From Bacilli bacterium (GTDB lineage Bacteria; Bacillota_I; Bacilli_A; RFN20; CAG-826): a stretch of 64,000 nt of DNA. Shown one piece after another: positions 39,824 to 48,867 of this stretch. The stretch is from contig JAZQOV010000001.1 of the NCBI GenBank assembly GCA_045628045.1, forward strand, positions 32,001 through 96,000. The letters run 5' to 3'. Each line of letters opens with the position of its first letter. The first letter of the stretch is position 1. The translations under genes were made by a program, and so were the position numbers. The notes beneath the pieces are model-generated. The model saw only the letters and a program-made list of their open reading frames with translations, ran no database searches and was not told the origin of the DNA.

Positions 39824-40729
39824 ATGAAAAAGAAAATGCCTACTCCAATCAAAGACGGTTTGACCGGCGCCGCAATGGGAACAGCAATTATTATCCCGGG
39901 AATTAGCGGCGGAACAATTGCCTTAATTTTGGGAGCAATTGATAAAATTACCGGCGCAGTTAAAAATCTTTTCAGTAAGAAGTTTTGGCGCAATGTTTTA
40001 ATTTTACTTCCATTTATTTTAGGAATGATTGCAGCTGTCGCAGCTCTTTATTTTCCATTTAAATTTGCACTCGCGGAAATTAGATTCTCTCTTATTTGCT
40101 TATTCGCTGGATTGATCATTGGCTCATTCCCAATTATCACAAAAGAGGTGTCTGATAAAAAGATGACTGTTTCAAATTTTACTGGAGCTTTTATCGGCTT
40201 GATAATTTCCGTTTTAATTGGGGTTTTCTCGGTAATTTTTGAATTTTCTCCCACAATTTCTGCACTTTTTTCAGAAATACCTTCTTACTTATTTTTGGTA
40301 ATTTTTGCTGTTGGTGTTGTTTCAGCGGCCGGCTTAATTATTCCTGGATTATCAGGTTCACTTATTCTTTTAGTAATTAGTTTTTACAATCCTATTTTTG
40401 CACTTTTCCAATTTAAAAACGGAATCAAAGATTTTGCTCTTCTTGCATGTTTCGCAATAGGTGTTGGTGTTGGCTTTATTTTGTGGTCAATTCTCATGAA
40501 CAAAGTGTTGAACAAATTTAGAAGAGGAACAATTTTTGTTGTTATTGGTTTTATTATTGGATCATTATTCGCCATCTTCTATAATTCCGAAATGATGATT
40601 TGGTATCATAGTGAAAAATTTGGATTACTTGAATTTATTTTAGGTCCATCACTTTTAATTGTGGGGCTCGTCCTATCATTATTATTTTCAAAATTTGTAA
40701 AGAAAAATTCAGGAGCAAAAAATGCCTAG
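39824..40729 (+). CDS. DUF368 family membrane protein
   Basis: Duplicated IIPG(I/L)SG motifs (MG.A..IPGISGGT.A and IIPGLSGS). Confidence 0.88.
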   Translation: MKKKMPTPIKDGLTGAAMGTAIIIPGISGGTIALILGAIDKITGAVKNLFSKKFWRNVLILLPFILGMIAAVAALYFPFKFALAEIRFSLICLFAGLIIGSFPIITKEVSDKKMTVSNFTGAFIGLIISVLIGVFSVIFEFSPTISALFSEIPSYLFLVIFAVGVVSAAGLIIPGLSGSLILLVISFYNPIFALFQFKNGIKDFALLACFAIGVGVGFILWSILMNKVLNKFRRGTIFVVIGFIIGSLFAIFYNSEMMIWYHSEKFGLLEFILGPSLLIVGLVLSLLFSKFVKKNSGAKNA

Positions 40730-41300
40730 AACAAAAGAACAATTTGCAGAAATGAAAGATGAAAGACGTGAGTCTATTTTTGCTGCTGCTCTTCCATTGT
40801 TTTCTCTTAATAAAAAAGTAACAATTGATGACATTTGTGAAAAGGCAAAATGTTCACACGGTATTGTGTATCATTATTTCAAAAATACTGACCAAGTTTT
40901 AGAGAAATTAATGCAAAGACCAACTATAGTTGAGTTGAAAAATTCTTTGCTAAATATCACCAAAGGTTCATCATACGAAAAAATTGAAGAAATTCTCTCA
41001 ATTATGTTAGATATTTCTCCAAAAAATGTTGTTAAAATTTGCTATTTAAATTTACTCATAAAATCACGTGAAAAAGATTCTGTTTTTGCATTGCTATCAA
41101 AGCTTGTCTCTGATGGTCAAAAAGCTCACACAATTAGCGGTGGAGTTCCAGAAGAAATTGTTGAAGCAATTTTTAGTTTATTACGTGGTATTTATCTTCC
41201 GTTTTTATTAGAAAAGCACCCTGATATCAAGGTGCCTTCAGTTGAAACTGTAATGCAATTAATTAGAAAACCTACCACTTTTTCTCATCAAATTCTTTAA
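40722..41300 (+). CDS. TetR/AcrR family transcriptional regulator
   Basis: N-terminal HTH TIDDICEKAKCSHGIVYHYFK; GGAG SD. Confidence 0.88.
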   Translation: MPRTKEQFAEMKDERRESIFAAALPLFSLNKKVTIDDICEKAKCSHGIVYHYFKNTDQVLEKLMQRPTIVELKNSLLNITKGSSYEKIEEILSIMLDISPKNVVKICYLNLLIKSREKDSVFALLSKLVSDGQKAHTISGGVPEEIVEAIFSLLRGIYLPFLLEKHPDIKVPSVETVMQLIRKPTTFSHQIL

Positions 41301-42828
41301 TATCTTTATAGATATTTTTCATTTGAGGATAAATCTTCATATATGCATGACTATATAAATAGTCATATTTTTTTACATTTTCTTTATTTGGAATAAATGT
41401 TTTTGAAACACGGATCATTGAATTGGCGGCTTCTTTTTTGTTTTTAAAATCTCCGTTTGCGATAAATGCTGACATAGCACAACCCATTGAAGAACATTCA
41501 AAAGTTTGAATTCTTGAAACTGGTTTATTGAAAATATCTGCAGTAATTTGACAAATTAAATCACTTTGTGATCCTCCGCCAGAAATTCTGATTTCATCAA
41601 CTTTGTGGTGAAGCCTTTTCTTTTCAAATAATTCAAGACCTTCACGAAGTGCAAAACCGATGCCTTCGACGATAGCTCTGTACATATGAATTTTTGAGTG
41701 AATATCAGAGAATCCAACAATTGCTCCTTTAGCAAGAGGTCTTCTAAGACCTGGTCCCCAATATGGTTGAAGAACAAGTCCATTACATCCTGGTTCAATT
41801 TTTGCCATTTCGTCATTAAATTTTTGGATCATATTTCTATCAACAACAATTTCCTCAATGGTTGGGCCATTTGTCCCAAATTGTTTAATGAACCAATTTA
41901 GCATCCAATAACCACGATAAATTTGAACATCAAGGTTATAGCCATTAACGATATCCGGATATGAAGGCAAGAATGGTTCGGCGTCGCTATATTTTTTAAT
42001 AGGAACTTCGACTGTGCATGCGGTCCCGTATGAAACTGCAGCCTTTGTTTCGTCAACAACACCTAAGCCGAGAGTCTCTGCAGATTTATCAGAACCACCT
42101 GCAAAAACCTTCATTCCTACTGGTAAACCAGTAGCTTTAGCGGCTTCCTCTGTAATTCCGCCAAGAATTTCGCCTGCTTTTTTAACTTCACAAAGTTTAT
42201 CAGGACCAACTCCAAAAAGTGCTCCTCTTAAACTTGAATATTTATACCATTGTCCGGTTTTAAAATTAATTGGAAGGTGTCCTGCTTGGCATGAAGCTGA
42301 GTCGACAAAAGATCCAACAAGTTTATGATTAATATAAGTTGAAAGGAAAAGGAACTTGTAAGTTTTATCAAAAATTTCTGGTTCATTTTCCTTCATCCAA
42401 AGAGTCATTGATCTTTTTCTATTTAATTCAATAGTCGGGCCCATTCCAACAAGTTTGAAAATCATGCGACTTAAAGGAGAAAGTTTGTCTCTAGCCTCAG
42501 CGTGGCGTTGATCAAGCCATAAAATTGCTGGTCTAAGCGCCTTTCCGTTTTTATCAACTGCGACAACGCTATCTCTAAAGAAAGCCATCGAAATTCCGAT
42601 AACATTTTCTAAATCTTTTTTATGTTCTTTTGCAATTTTCTTTGTACAGGTACAAAGATTTTCAAAATAAAATTCTGGATCTTGTTCAGCGTAACCTGGC
42701 TCTGGTGAATTGTATGCCGGAGAATATTTAGCTCTCTCCATTGCGACAAAATCGCCTTTTTTATTAACAAGTGCAACACGCACAGATTGAGTGCCAAAAT
42801 CAATCGTAAGAACTAATGGATTTTTCAT
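41272..42828 (-). CDS. FGGY-family carbohydrate kinase
   Basis: Start reassigned to ATG 42828 (GAGGTG SD); IDFGTQSVR, LWLDQR, GGSD, SYGT and SGGGSQS motifs. Confidence 0.9.
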   Translation of the reverse strand: MKNPLVLTIDFGTQSVRVALVNKKGDFVAMERAKYSPAYNSPEPGYAEQDPEFYFENLCTCTKKIAKEHKKDLENVIGISMAFFRDSVVAVDKNGKALRPAILWLDQRHAEARDKLSPLSRMIFKLVGMGPTIELNRKRSMTLWMKENEPEIFDKTYKFLFLSTYINHKLVGSFVDSASCQAGHLPINFKTGQWYKYSSLRGALFGVGPDKLCEVKKAGEILGGITEEAAKATGLPVGMKVFAGGSDKSAETLGLGVVDETKAAVSYGTACTVEVPIKKYSDAEPFLPSYPDIVNGYNLDVQIYRGYWMLNWFIKQFGTNGPTIEEIVVDRNMIQKFNDEMAKIEPGCNGLVLQPYWGPGLRRPLAKGAIVGFSDIHSKIHMYRAIVEGIGFALREGLELFEKKRLHHKVDEIRISGGGSQSDLICQITADIFNKPVSRIQTFECSSMGCAMSAFIANGDFKNKKEAANSMIRVSKTFIPNKENVKKYDYLYSHAYMKIYPQMKNIYKDIKEFDEKKW

Positions 42829-42864
42829 ATTTTCCACCTCGTTTGTTTAATTTTACCACAATTC

Positions 42865-42920
42865 TTGTAAGCATTTTCACAATTTTTTACTTTGCGTATG
42901 CACTCCAACGCGTGTATAAT
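42865..42920. promoter_or_regulatory. ppdK sigma70 promoter (TTGCGT-17-TATAAT) and an upstream palindromic operator candidate
   Basis: -35 at 42892-42897 and -10 at 42915-42920; TTGTAAGCATTTTCACAA at 42865-42882. Confidence 0.55.
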
Positions 42921-42975
42921 GCAACTCGTGTGTGAAAAATCACATCGCTATTATTGTCACTATAGGAGGAATAAT

Positions 42976-45603
42976 ATGGCAAAGAAATACATCTACAACT
43001 TCAAAGAAGCCCATGGTTTAGGCAAAGAGTTGTTAGGTGGTAAAGGTGCTGGTTTAGCAGAAATGACCAGTATTGGAGTTCCAATTCCACAAGGATTTAC
43101 CATCACAACAGAAGCTTGTAATCTCTACTATGATTCAGGTAAAAAGTTACCAAAAGAAATCATTGATGACATTTACAAACACATCGAAGAAGTTGAAAAA
43201 GAAACCGGAAAGAACTTCGGTGGCGATCATAACCCACTTTTAGTCTCAGTCCGTTCTGGCGCAAGAGTTTCCATGCCAGGTATGATGGACACCATCTTAA
43301 ACTTAGGTTTAAATGATGTTACAGTCGCAGCCTTAGCAAAAGAAACTGGTAACGAAAGATTCGCATTTGATAGCTATCGTAGATTTATCTTAATGTTCAC
43401 AAACATTGCAAAAGGTCATCCAAGAACCGAAATGGATAAGATGCTTGATGAATTAAAAGAAAAGAATGGCTACAAACTCGATACAGAAGTTACTGCCGAA
43501 CAATTAAAAGATTTAGTCAAAGCTTATAAAGCTTACTATAAGAAAGTATTTGGTGAAGAATTCCCAACTGATCCAAAAGTTCAATTAATTGAAGCTGTTA
43601 CAGCAGTTTTCCGTTCCTGGGATAACCCAAGAGCTAACGTTTATCGTATGATGAACTCAATTCCATATTCATGGGGTACCGCTGTTAACGTTCAATCAAT
43701 GGCTTTCGGTAATAAGGGTGAAACATCTGGTACAGGGGTCGCATTCTCACGTGACCCAGCTACAGGTGAAAAGAAAATTTCTGCAGAATATTTACCAAAC
43801 GCACAAGGCGAAGACGTCGTCGCAGGTATTCGTACACCACTTCACATCGAAGAACTCAAGGCACGTATGCCGGATGTCTACGCACAATTTGAAAAAACAA
43901 TCAAAACAATGGAACACCATTATCGCGATATGCAAGATATGGAATTCACTGTCGAAGAAGGCAAACTCTATTTCTTACAAACACGTAATGGTAAACGTAC
44001 ACCAGCCGCAGCTCTTAAGATCGCTTGCGACTTAGTCGACGAAGGATTAATTACAAAAGAAGAAGCAGTTCTTCGTATTGATCCAGTTTCATTCGATAAA
44101 TTGCTCTTACCAGCATTCGATAAAGATGAACTTGCTAAAGCAAAACCAATCGCAACAGGCTTAGCCGCAGGTCCAGGTGCAGGTACAGGTGCAATCGCAT
44201 TTACTGCTGAAGAAGCAGAAAAACGTCACGCAGCCGGAGAAAAAGTTGTTCTTGTTCGTGCTGAAACTTCACCAGAAGACATTGTCGGTATGGTCGCAGC
44301 CGAAGGCGTTCTCACAATGCGTGGTGGTATGACCTCACACGCAGCAGTTGTCGCTCGTGGTATGGGTAAGTGCTGTGTCTGTGGTTGTAAAGAAGCTGTC
44401 ATTGATGAAGAAAAACGTACAGTTACAATCGATGGCAAAGTCTACACAGACAAAGATGTCTTATCACTTGATGGTTCAACCGGTAAAATTTATCTTGGTT
44501 CAATCGCAAAAGTTATGCCAGACTTAACCGCAGGTTACTTTGGTAGACTTATGGGTTGGGTTGATGAAGCTCGTAAACTCAAAGTCAGAACAAATGCTGA
44601 TACTCCAAGAGATGCAAAACAAGCAAGAGAATTCGGTGCTCAAGGTATTGGCCTTTGCCGTACAGAACACATGTTCTTCGATAAAGACAGAATCTTCTCT
44701 ATGAGAAAGATGATTCTTGCAGACACTGTTGAAGAAAGACGTGCTGCATTAGCAGAATTAGAGCCAATGCAACAAGCAGACTTCGAATCATTGTATGAAA
44801 CAATGTTACCATTCAATGTTAACGTTCGTTTACTCGATCCACCTCTACACGAATTCCTCCCACAAGAAGAGGATAAGATTGAAGAACTTGCTAAAGCAAC
44901 AGGCAGAACTGTCGCACAAGTTAAAGAAAGAATCGAATATCTCCACGAATTCAACCCAATGATGGGTCACCGTGGCTGTAGATTAGCTGTTTCATATCCA
45001 GAAATCTGTGAAATGCAAACAAACGCCATCATCAAAGCCGCTATTGCAGTTATGAAGAAAACTGGCAAAGCTATCGAACCAGAAATTATGATTCCACTTG
45101 TACTCGAAGTTAAGGAACTTAAGTTCGTTAAGAAGATTATTTGCGAAACAGCAGATAAGTTAATTGCAGAATCTGGTCTCAAGATGAAATACCATGTTGG
45201 TACAATGATTGAAATCCCAAGAGCTGCATTACTCGCAGATGAAATCGCAGGCGAAGCTGAATTCTTCTCATTTGGTACAAATGACTTAACACAAATGACA
45301 TTTGGTTTCTCACGTGATGATGCTGCTAAATTCTTACCAGATTACTACAGCAACAAGATCTTAGAAGAAGATCCATTCAAGACACTTGATCAAAAAGGTG
45401 TTGGAAAACTTGTTGATATGGCTGTTAAACTTGGTCGTTCAACACGTAAGGATCTCCACATTGGTGTTTGTGGTGAAACTGGCGGTGAAGCAAACTCAAT
45501 CGACTTCTACCATAGAGCAGGACTCGATTATGTCTCATGTTCACCATTCCGTGTTCCAGTTGCACGTTTAGCTGCTGCTCAAGCTGCAATTAGAAACAAA
45601 TAA
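42976..45603 (+). CDS. ppdK: Pyruvate, phosphate dikinase
   Basis: Start reassigned to ATG 42976 (AGGAGG SD); LLGGKGA.L.EM, SVRSGA..SMPGMMDT, GGMTSHAAVVARG, GIGLCRTEHM and FSFGTNDLTQ motifs. Confidence 0.98.
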   Translation: MAKKYIYNFKEAHGLGKELLGGKGAGLAEMTSIGVPIPQGFTITTEACNLYYDSGKKLPKEIIDDIYKHIEEVEKETGKNFGGDHNPLLVSVRSGARVSMPGMMDTILNLGLNDVTVAALAKETGNERFAFDSYRRFILMFTNIAKGHPRTEMDKMLDELKEKNGYKLDTEVTAEQLKDLVKAYKAYYKKVFGEEFPTDPKVQLIEAVTAVFRSWDNPRANVYRMMNSIPYSWGTAVNVQSMAFGNKGETSGTGVAFSRDPATGEKKISAEYLPNAQGEDVVAGIRTPLHIEELKARMPDVYAQFEKTIKTMEHHYRDMQDMEFTVEEGKLYFLQTRNGKRTPAAALKIACDLVDEGLITKEEAVLRIDPVSFDKLLLPAFDKDELAKAKPIATGLAAGPGAGTGAIAFTAEEAEKRHAAGEKVVLVRAETSPEDIVGMVAAEGVLTMRGGMTSHAAVVARGMGKCCVCGCKEAVIDEEKRTVTIDGKVYTDKDVLSLDGSTGKIYLGSIAKVMPDLTAGYFGRLMGWVDEARKLKVRTNADTPRDAKQAREFGAQGIGLCRTEHMFFDKDRIFSMRKMILADTVEERRAALAELEPMQQADFESLYETMLPFNVNVRLLDPPLHEFLPQEEDKIEELAKATGRTVAQVKERIEYLHEFNPMMGHRGCRLAVSYPEICEMQTNAIIKAAIAVMKKTGKAIEPEIMIPLVLEVKELKFVKKIICETADKLIAESGLKMKYHVGTMIEIPRAALLADEIAGEAEFFSFGTNDLTQMTFGFSRDDAAKFLPDYYSNKILEEDPFKTLDQKGVGKLVDMAVKLGRSTRKDLHIGVCGETGGEANSIDFYHRAGLDYVSCSPFRVPVARLAAAQAAIRNK

Positions 45604-45619
45604 TCTAAAGATTATAAAT

Positions 45620-45649
45620 AAAACCTCAGGCTTTAAACCTGAGGTTTTT
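45620..45649. terminator. Bidirectional intrinsic terminator
   Basis: AAAACCTCAGG-ctttaaa-CCTGAGGTTTTT between ppdK and the convergent gene. Confidence 0.85.
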
Positions 45650-45652
45650 CTT

Positions 45653-45913
45653 TTACTTATTTTTTATTAACGCTTGTGAGGAGAATACCAGATCGTTTTG
45701 GTCATTAACGTAACCGCCCGGTTCACCATTTATAATTATTTCATTATTGTCTTCAATGTAACCAACATATTCACCTTGGAGATAAATATCTCCTTCGTTA
45801 GACATTGCACCAAATTTATGTCCTTGAGCGAAGAAGTCTCCTTCTGGTGAAATATAGCCCACTAGCTCATCGTCTATATAAACATTTTTGCCAAAGCACT
45901 CAATAAAAATCAT
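45653..45913 (-). CDS. Small acidic repeat protein, beta-flower-like
   Basis: About 16-aa periodicity (VYIDDELVGYISPEG / IYLQGEYVGYIEDNN / IIINGEPGGYVNDQN); ATGA overlap with ispE. Confidence 0.65.
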   Translation of the reverse strand: MIFIECFGKNVYIDDELVGYISPEGDFFAQGHKFGAMSNEGDIYLQGEYVGYIEDNNEIIINGEPGGYVNDQNDLVFSSQALIKNK

Positions 45914-46770
45914 TTTCTTTTTTGTTTCAAAGTCTTTGTTAAATAGACTTCGTATCCTTTATGTTCATATTTCAAATATTTTGTTAATGCAAGAGTAGGA
46001 TTTGTAGTTAATGCATAGACGCATGAACCAGAACCAGTCATCAAAATACATTTGAAACCATCCTTTCTCATCATCTCTTTTATCGAAACAATTTCAGGAC
46101 AAAGTTTCATAGAAACTTCCTCGAGTGAGTTGAACATTGATGCAGCAAGAAGCTTTTCGTCTCCTTTTTCAAGGGCTTCAATAACTTTGTTAACATTACC
46201 ATGTTTTAATTCGATTTTATCCGATTCCTCAAAAACTTCTTTTGTAGATAAACCTTGTTTTGGTTTAATTACTACAACAGAAAATTGTTTAGCAAGTTTG
46301 ATAGGTTCAACTTTTTCACCAATGCCCATTACGTGCGCAGGCACGTTTTTCATACAGAAAGGAACATCAGCGCCTAGTTTCAAACAAAGTTTTGTTTCTT
46401 CATCTTCTTCTATTTTTAGTTTTCCATATTTCTTAAAAGCTTTTAAAACTGCAGCAGCGTTTGAAGAACCTCCACCCATTCCTGCATAAATAGGAATTTC
46501 TTTGTGAACTTTAATATTAAAGTTCTTTGAATATTCATATTCAGATTTCAAAAGTTCGTGGGTTCTATGAATTAAGTTATGATCAATAATTTGATGTTCG
46601 ACATGATCGCACACAATATGTGTTACAGAAGCATTTGGAATATATTCAAGTTCAATTGTGTCATGAAGTTCCAAAGGAAGCATGACCATATCTAAATTGT
46701 GGTAACCATCTTCGCGTTTGTTTAAAACATCAAGGTATAAGTTAATCTTTGCTGGTGCTTTTACGTACAT
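45910..46770 (-). CDS. ispE: 4-diphosphocytidyl-2-C-methyl-D-erythritol kinase
   Basis: APAKINLYL.V...REDGYH, K.IP..AGMGGGSSNAA, GADVPF and MTGSGS motifs. Confidence 0.96.
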   Translation of the reverse strand: MYVKAPAKINLYLDVLNKREDGYHNLDMVMLPLELHDTIELEYIPNASVTHIVCDHVEHQIIDHNLIHRTHELLKSEYEYSKNFNIKVHKEIPIYAGMGGGSSNAAAVLKAFKKYGKLKIEEDEETKLCLKLGADVPFCMKNVPAHVMGIGEKVEPIKLAKQFSVVVIKPKQGLSTKEVFEESDKIELKHGNVNKVIEALEKGDEKLLAASMFNSLEEVSMKLCPEIVSIKEMMRKDGFKCILMTGSGSCVYALTTNPTLALTKYLKYEHKGYEVYLTKTLKQKRK

Positions 46771-46789
46771 ACTTTTAGTTTACTATCAC

Positions 46790-47578
46790 TTATAACAATT
46801 TCAATAAATTGATATAAAATTCGATAGGTAATTCCTCCGGCCTTTTATTGGTATCAATTCCTAATTTACTCAGGATTTCCTTAGCTTTTTCTTTATTTTT
46901 CACAACATTTGTTAAATTATTTAAAATATTTTTTCTTCTTAATAAGAATAATTGTTTAATGAGTTTGAATAACTTTTCATTATCTTTATTTTTAATATTT
47001 TCGTTTGGTGTTATTACAAAAACGACAGAGTCAACATGTGGAATTGGCGCAAAATTATTTCTACTCACATCGATAGGAGAAGAAATATCTGCAACATAAT
47101 TTAAAAATAAGGAAAGTGGCGATTCGTTTGTTTTTAAAAGTTTTGGATAAACTTCTTTTTGAGTCATAAGAACAAAACGTTTTGTGTCTTTTCCATCCAC
47201 CAATAATTTTTCAATGATTCCGGATGTGATGTAGTAAGGAAGATTACCAATAATTTTAGTAAATCCTGACAAGTCATATTTAAGAATGTTTTGTCTTTTC
47301 ACCACAACGTTTTTCTCATCTTTAAAATGTTCGTCTAGAAACATTAGCATTCTTTCATCAATATCAATTAATTCGCAATTTCCTGAAGATTTTGCAAGAA
47401 AATACGATAAAGAACCAAGACCTGCTCCAATTTCTAAAACCTTATCTTCTTTATTTATTTCTAGAAGCGAAACTATTTTTTCTGCCATTTGAGAATTCAC
47501 TAAAAAGTTTTGACCAAGTGATTTGTTGGCAAGTAATTTATAACTTTTTACTTCTTCAAAATATTCCTTCTCGTTCAT
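46790..47578 (-). CDS. rsmA: 16S rRNA dimethyladenosine transferase
   Basis: KSLGQNFL, LEIG.GLG, GNLPYYIT and F.P.PHVDS motifs; ATGA overlap with rnmV places the start at 47578. Confidence 0.95.
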   Translation of the reverse strand: MNEKEYFEEVKSYKLLANKSLGQNFLVNSQMAEKIVSLLEINKEDKVLEIGAGLGSLSYFLAKSSGNCELIDIDERMLMFLDEHFKDEKNVVVKRQNILKYDLSGFTKIIGNLPYYITSGIIEKLLVDGKDTKRFVLMTQKEVYPKLLKTNESPLSLFLNYVADISSPIDVSRNNFAPIPHVDSVVFVITPNENIKNKDNEKLFKLIKQLFLLRRKNILNNLTNVVKNKEKAKEILSKLGIDTNKRPEELPIEFYINLLKLL

Positions 47579-48105
47579 AAGCATTCCTTTAAATCATCGA
47601 CTGTTAATTTCATATAATTTAATCTTTTCAAAAATGTTTTAGCATTACAAAAACCAAGGCTAAATTTTTGAATTACTTTTTCTCTTTTTTCTTTCGAATC
47701 AATAGAACCCTCAAAACCTAGGTTCACTAAATCTGAATGGGTAATTTTCCCAATAATACTTTTATCTGCAACGATGTAATTCGCTAAGCTTTTTAGAACT
47801 TCTTCTTTCGTAGATTCTGCAACACCCACTTTGTGTTTCTTAATGGAATTTTCTTTTGCAACAAAACAATGTTTCAAATTTGGAATGTTTGAATCAAGTA
47901 CATCTCTAATTCTTTTACCAGGAGAATCGGGATCGGTTAAAACAAAAATATCGCGGTTTTCCGCAGACTTTTTCAAATATTCTATAGTTTTATCGGATAT
48001 TTCGCTTCCGTTAGTAATTACAAATTCGGCTTCCAAAAATTCTGAAAGGAAGGCAACATCTGTTTTCCCTTCTACAACAATAATTCCGTTTACAATTTTC
48101 TTCAT
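47575..48105 (-). CDS. rnmV: Ribonuclease M5 (Toprim)
   Basis: IVVEGKTD, TNGS, LTDPD.PG.RIR and GVAE motifs; tatD-rnmV-rsmA synteny. Confidence 0.92.
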   Translation of the reverse strand: MKKIVNGIIVVEGKTDVAFLSEFLEAEFVITNGSEISDKTIEYLKKSAENRDIFVLTDPDSPGKRIRDVLDSNIPNLKHCFVAKENSIKKHKVGVAESTKEEVLKSLANYIVADKSIIGKITHSDLVNLGFEGSIDSKEKREKVIQKFSLGFCNAKTFLKRLNYMKLTVDDLKECL

Positions 48106-48866
48106 CTTATAAAAACTCTTTCGAAATTTTCTGTTGTCTCTTTTTCAACTTGTTCTGAACTAATGCCTCTAAGTAAAGCAATTTGATCTCTCACAAATTT
48201 TAAATATTTTGAATGGTTCTGGTGACCACGAAATGGTTCTGGTGTAAGGTAAGGTGAATCTGTTTCCAAAACATAAGAATTGGATGACACATGTTTTGCA
48301 ACCTCTTTTAATTTTTGAGCGTTCTTAAAAGTTACAACGCCACCTATGCCAAGTAAGAATCCAAGTTTTACAAATTCATTCATCATTTCTGCGCTGCCAG
48401 CATAGCAATGCATAATACCGCCACGCTTAACTGGATTTGATTTTAAAATTTTTAAACATTCTTCATTCGCTTCTCTACAATGAATCGAGATTGGTAATTC
48501 TAATTTGTTCGCTAAATCTATTTGTTTTTTAAAGAAAATCCTCTGGTTTTCTTGTATTTTTTTATCTTTATCCCAATAATAGTCGAGTCCGATTTCACCA
48601 ATTGCAATAACCTTTTTATTGTTTGCTAACTTTTCTAATTCGTTAATTGTTGAGTCAGAAAAATCTTGTTTCTCGGATGGATGAATACCAATTGCAGCAT
48701 AACAATCCGAAAACTTGTTTGCAATCTCGACTGCTAATTTTGAAGATTCTAAATCAAAGCCCACAACTAAAAATTTTGAGACACCTTCTTTTTGAGCTTC
48801 TTTAATATAAGCTTCTGGATTATCTTTATATAACTTATCGTTAATATGACAATGCGTATCGATCAT
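48102..48866 (-). CDS. tatD: TatD family DNase
   Basis: MIDTHCH, GIHP, IGEIGLDYY, IH.R.A and ETDSPYL motifs; start 48866. Confidence 0.93.
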   Translation of the reverse strand: MIDTHCHINDKLYKDNPEAYIKEAQKEGVSKFLVVGFDLESSKLAVEIANKFSDCYAAIGIHPSEKQDFSDSTINELEKLANNKKVIAIGEIGLDYYWDKDKKIQENQRIFFKKQIDLANKLELPISIHCREANEECLKILKSNPVKRGGIMHCYAGSAEMMNEFVKLGFLLGIGGVVTFKNAQKLKEVAKHVSSNSYVLETDSPYLTPEPFRGHQNHSKYLKFVRDQIALLRGISSEQVEKETTENFERVFIR

Positions 48867-48867
48867 A

